From: an uncultured Dehalococcoidia bacterium
Lineage (GTDB): Bacteria; Chloroflexota; Dehalococcoidia; Lucifugimonadales; UBA1123
Direction: 5' to 3'
NCBI GenBank assembly: GCA_964640295.1
Contig: CAZXFX010000010.1
Location: forward strand, 4,360 to 68,359
DNA: 64,000 nucleotides
Below the pieces are notes generated by a model. The model did not search any database. It saw nothing but the letters and a program-made list of their open reading frames with translations, and was not told where the DNA came from. The position numbers and the translations under genes were made by a program. The first letter of the stretch is position 1. Each line of letters opens with the position of its first letter. Positions 63,917-64,000 of this stretch are shown here, piece by piece.

Positions 63917-64000
63917 ATGACTATCGGAAACACCATATCGGCTTCGGCACTCGAACAGGGCAACATCGGACAGCAGGCCACGGGCCGCCCGGTGGTCTAT
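63917..64000 (+). CDS. 5' end of an unidentified CDS (runs off the window)
   Basis: The ATG is preceded by AAGGAGA. Only 28 codons are visible. Confidence 0.3.
   Translation, partial: MTIGNTISASALEQGNIGQQATGRPVVY

Noticed and set aside
1-64000. Mobile-element boundaries (integrase, transposase, IS inverted repeats, att duplications) for the AT-rich islets.
   Set aside because: No recombinase-like ORF is present in any frame, and I saw no flanking direct or inverted repeats by eye. The islets are therefore reported as compositional anomalies only, not as mobile elements.

Overview
This is a 64-kb stretch of a high-GC bacterial chromosome with about 65 protein genes, one tRNA-Ala(GGC), no rRNA, no CRISPR array, and no recognisable transposase, integrase or reverse transcriptase.

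Backbone: most of the window is housekeeping and catabolic. Genes I recognise include pheS, pheT, lysA, thiE, a CCA-adding enzyme and an aspartase. The rest are aldo/keto reductase, Zn-ADH, three SDRs, two HpcH/HpaI aldolases, hydantoinase, a tartrate/isopropylmalate-type dehydrogenase, a ThDP enzyme, acyl-CoA dehydrogenase, crotonase, acyl-CoA ligase, LLM monooxygenase, VOC proteins and an S9 peptidase. This oxidoreductase-rich content, with GGAGG ribosome-binding sites, suggests a free-living marine or soil heterotroph, possibly Chloroflexota/SAR202-like. That taxonomic guess is inference only.

Accessory patches, which are visibly AT-richer by eye:
- **29.7-33.8 kb, a small defence/toxin-antitoxin (TA) island.** It holds a decayed HigBA-like pair, a 5'-truncated DNA methyltransferase, an ABC-type ATPase translationally coupled to a small PD-(D/E)xK-like protein, and an intact MNT/HepT pair. 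The ATPase-nuclease pair is my top candidate for an undescribed system.
- **22.4-24.4 kb.** A single NERD + SF1 (UvrD-like) helicase gene with a zinc-ribbon insert.
- **39-52 kb.** A mosaic glycan cluster (LysR, Ugd, MsbA-like ABC exporter, ASST-like protein, five glycosyltransferases). Three small HicB-like/HEPN-like genes interrupt it, and it ends at repeat elements next to tRNA-Ala.
- **16.9-17.9 kb.** A methyltransferase islet.
- **4.2-5.8 kb.** An islet of small orphan genes.

Non-coding structure:
- A ~105-bp repeat family with three loci.
- A short covarying hairpin repeat with three copies.
- A ~70-bp element with four helically phased CAGGT repeats, shared by two divergent promoter regions.
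- Two TTGACC-N18-TATAAT promoters.
- A terminator-like hairpin between pheS and pheT.
- A perfect 12-bp inverted repeat upstream of a HEPN-like gene.

All functional calls rest on motifs read by eye from the ORF translations. No database search was run.
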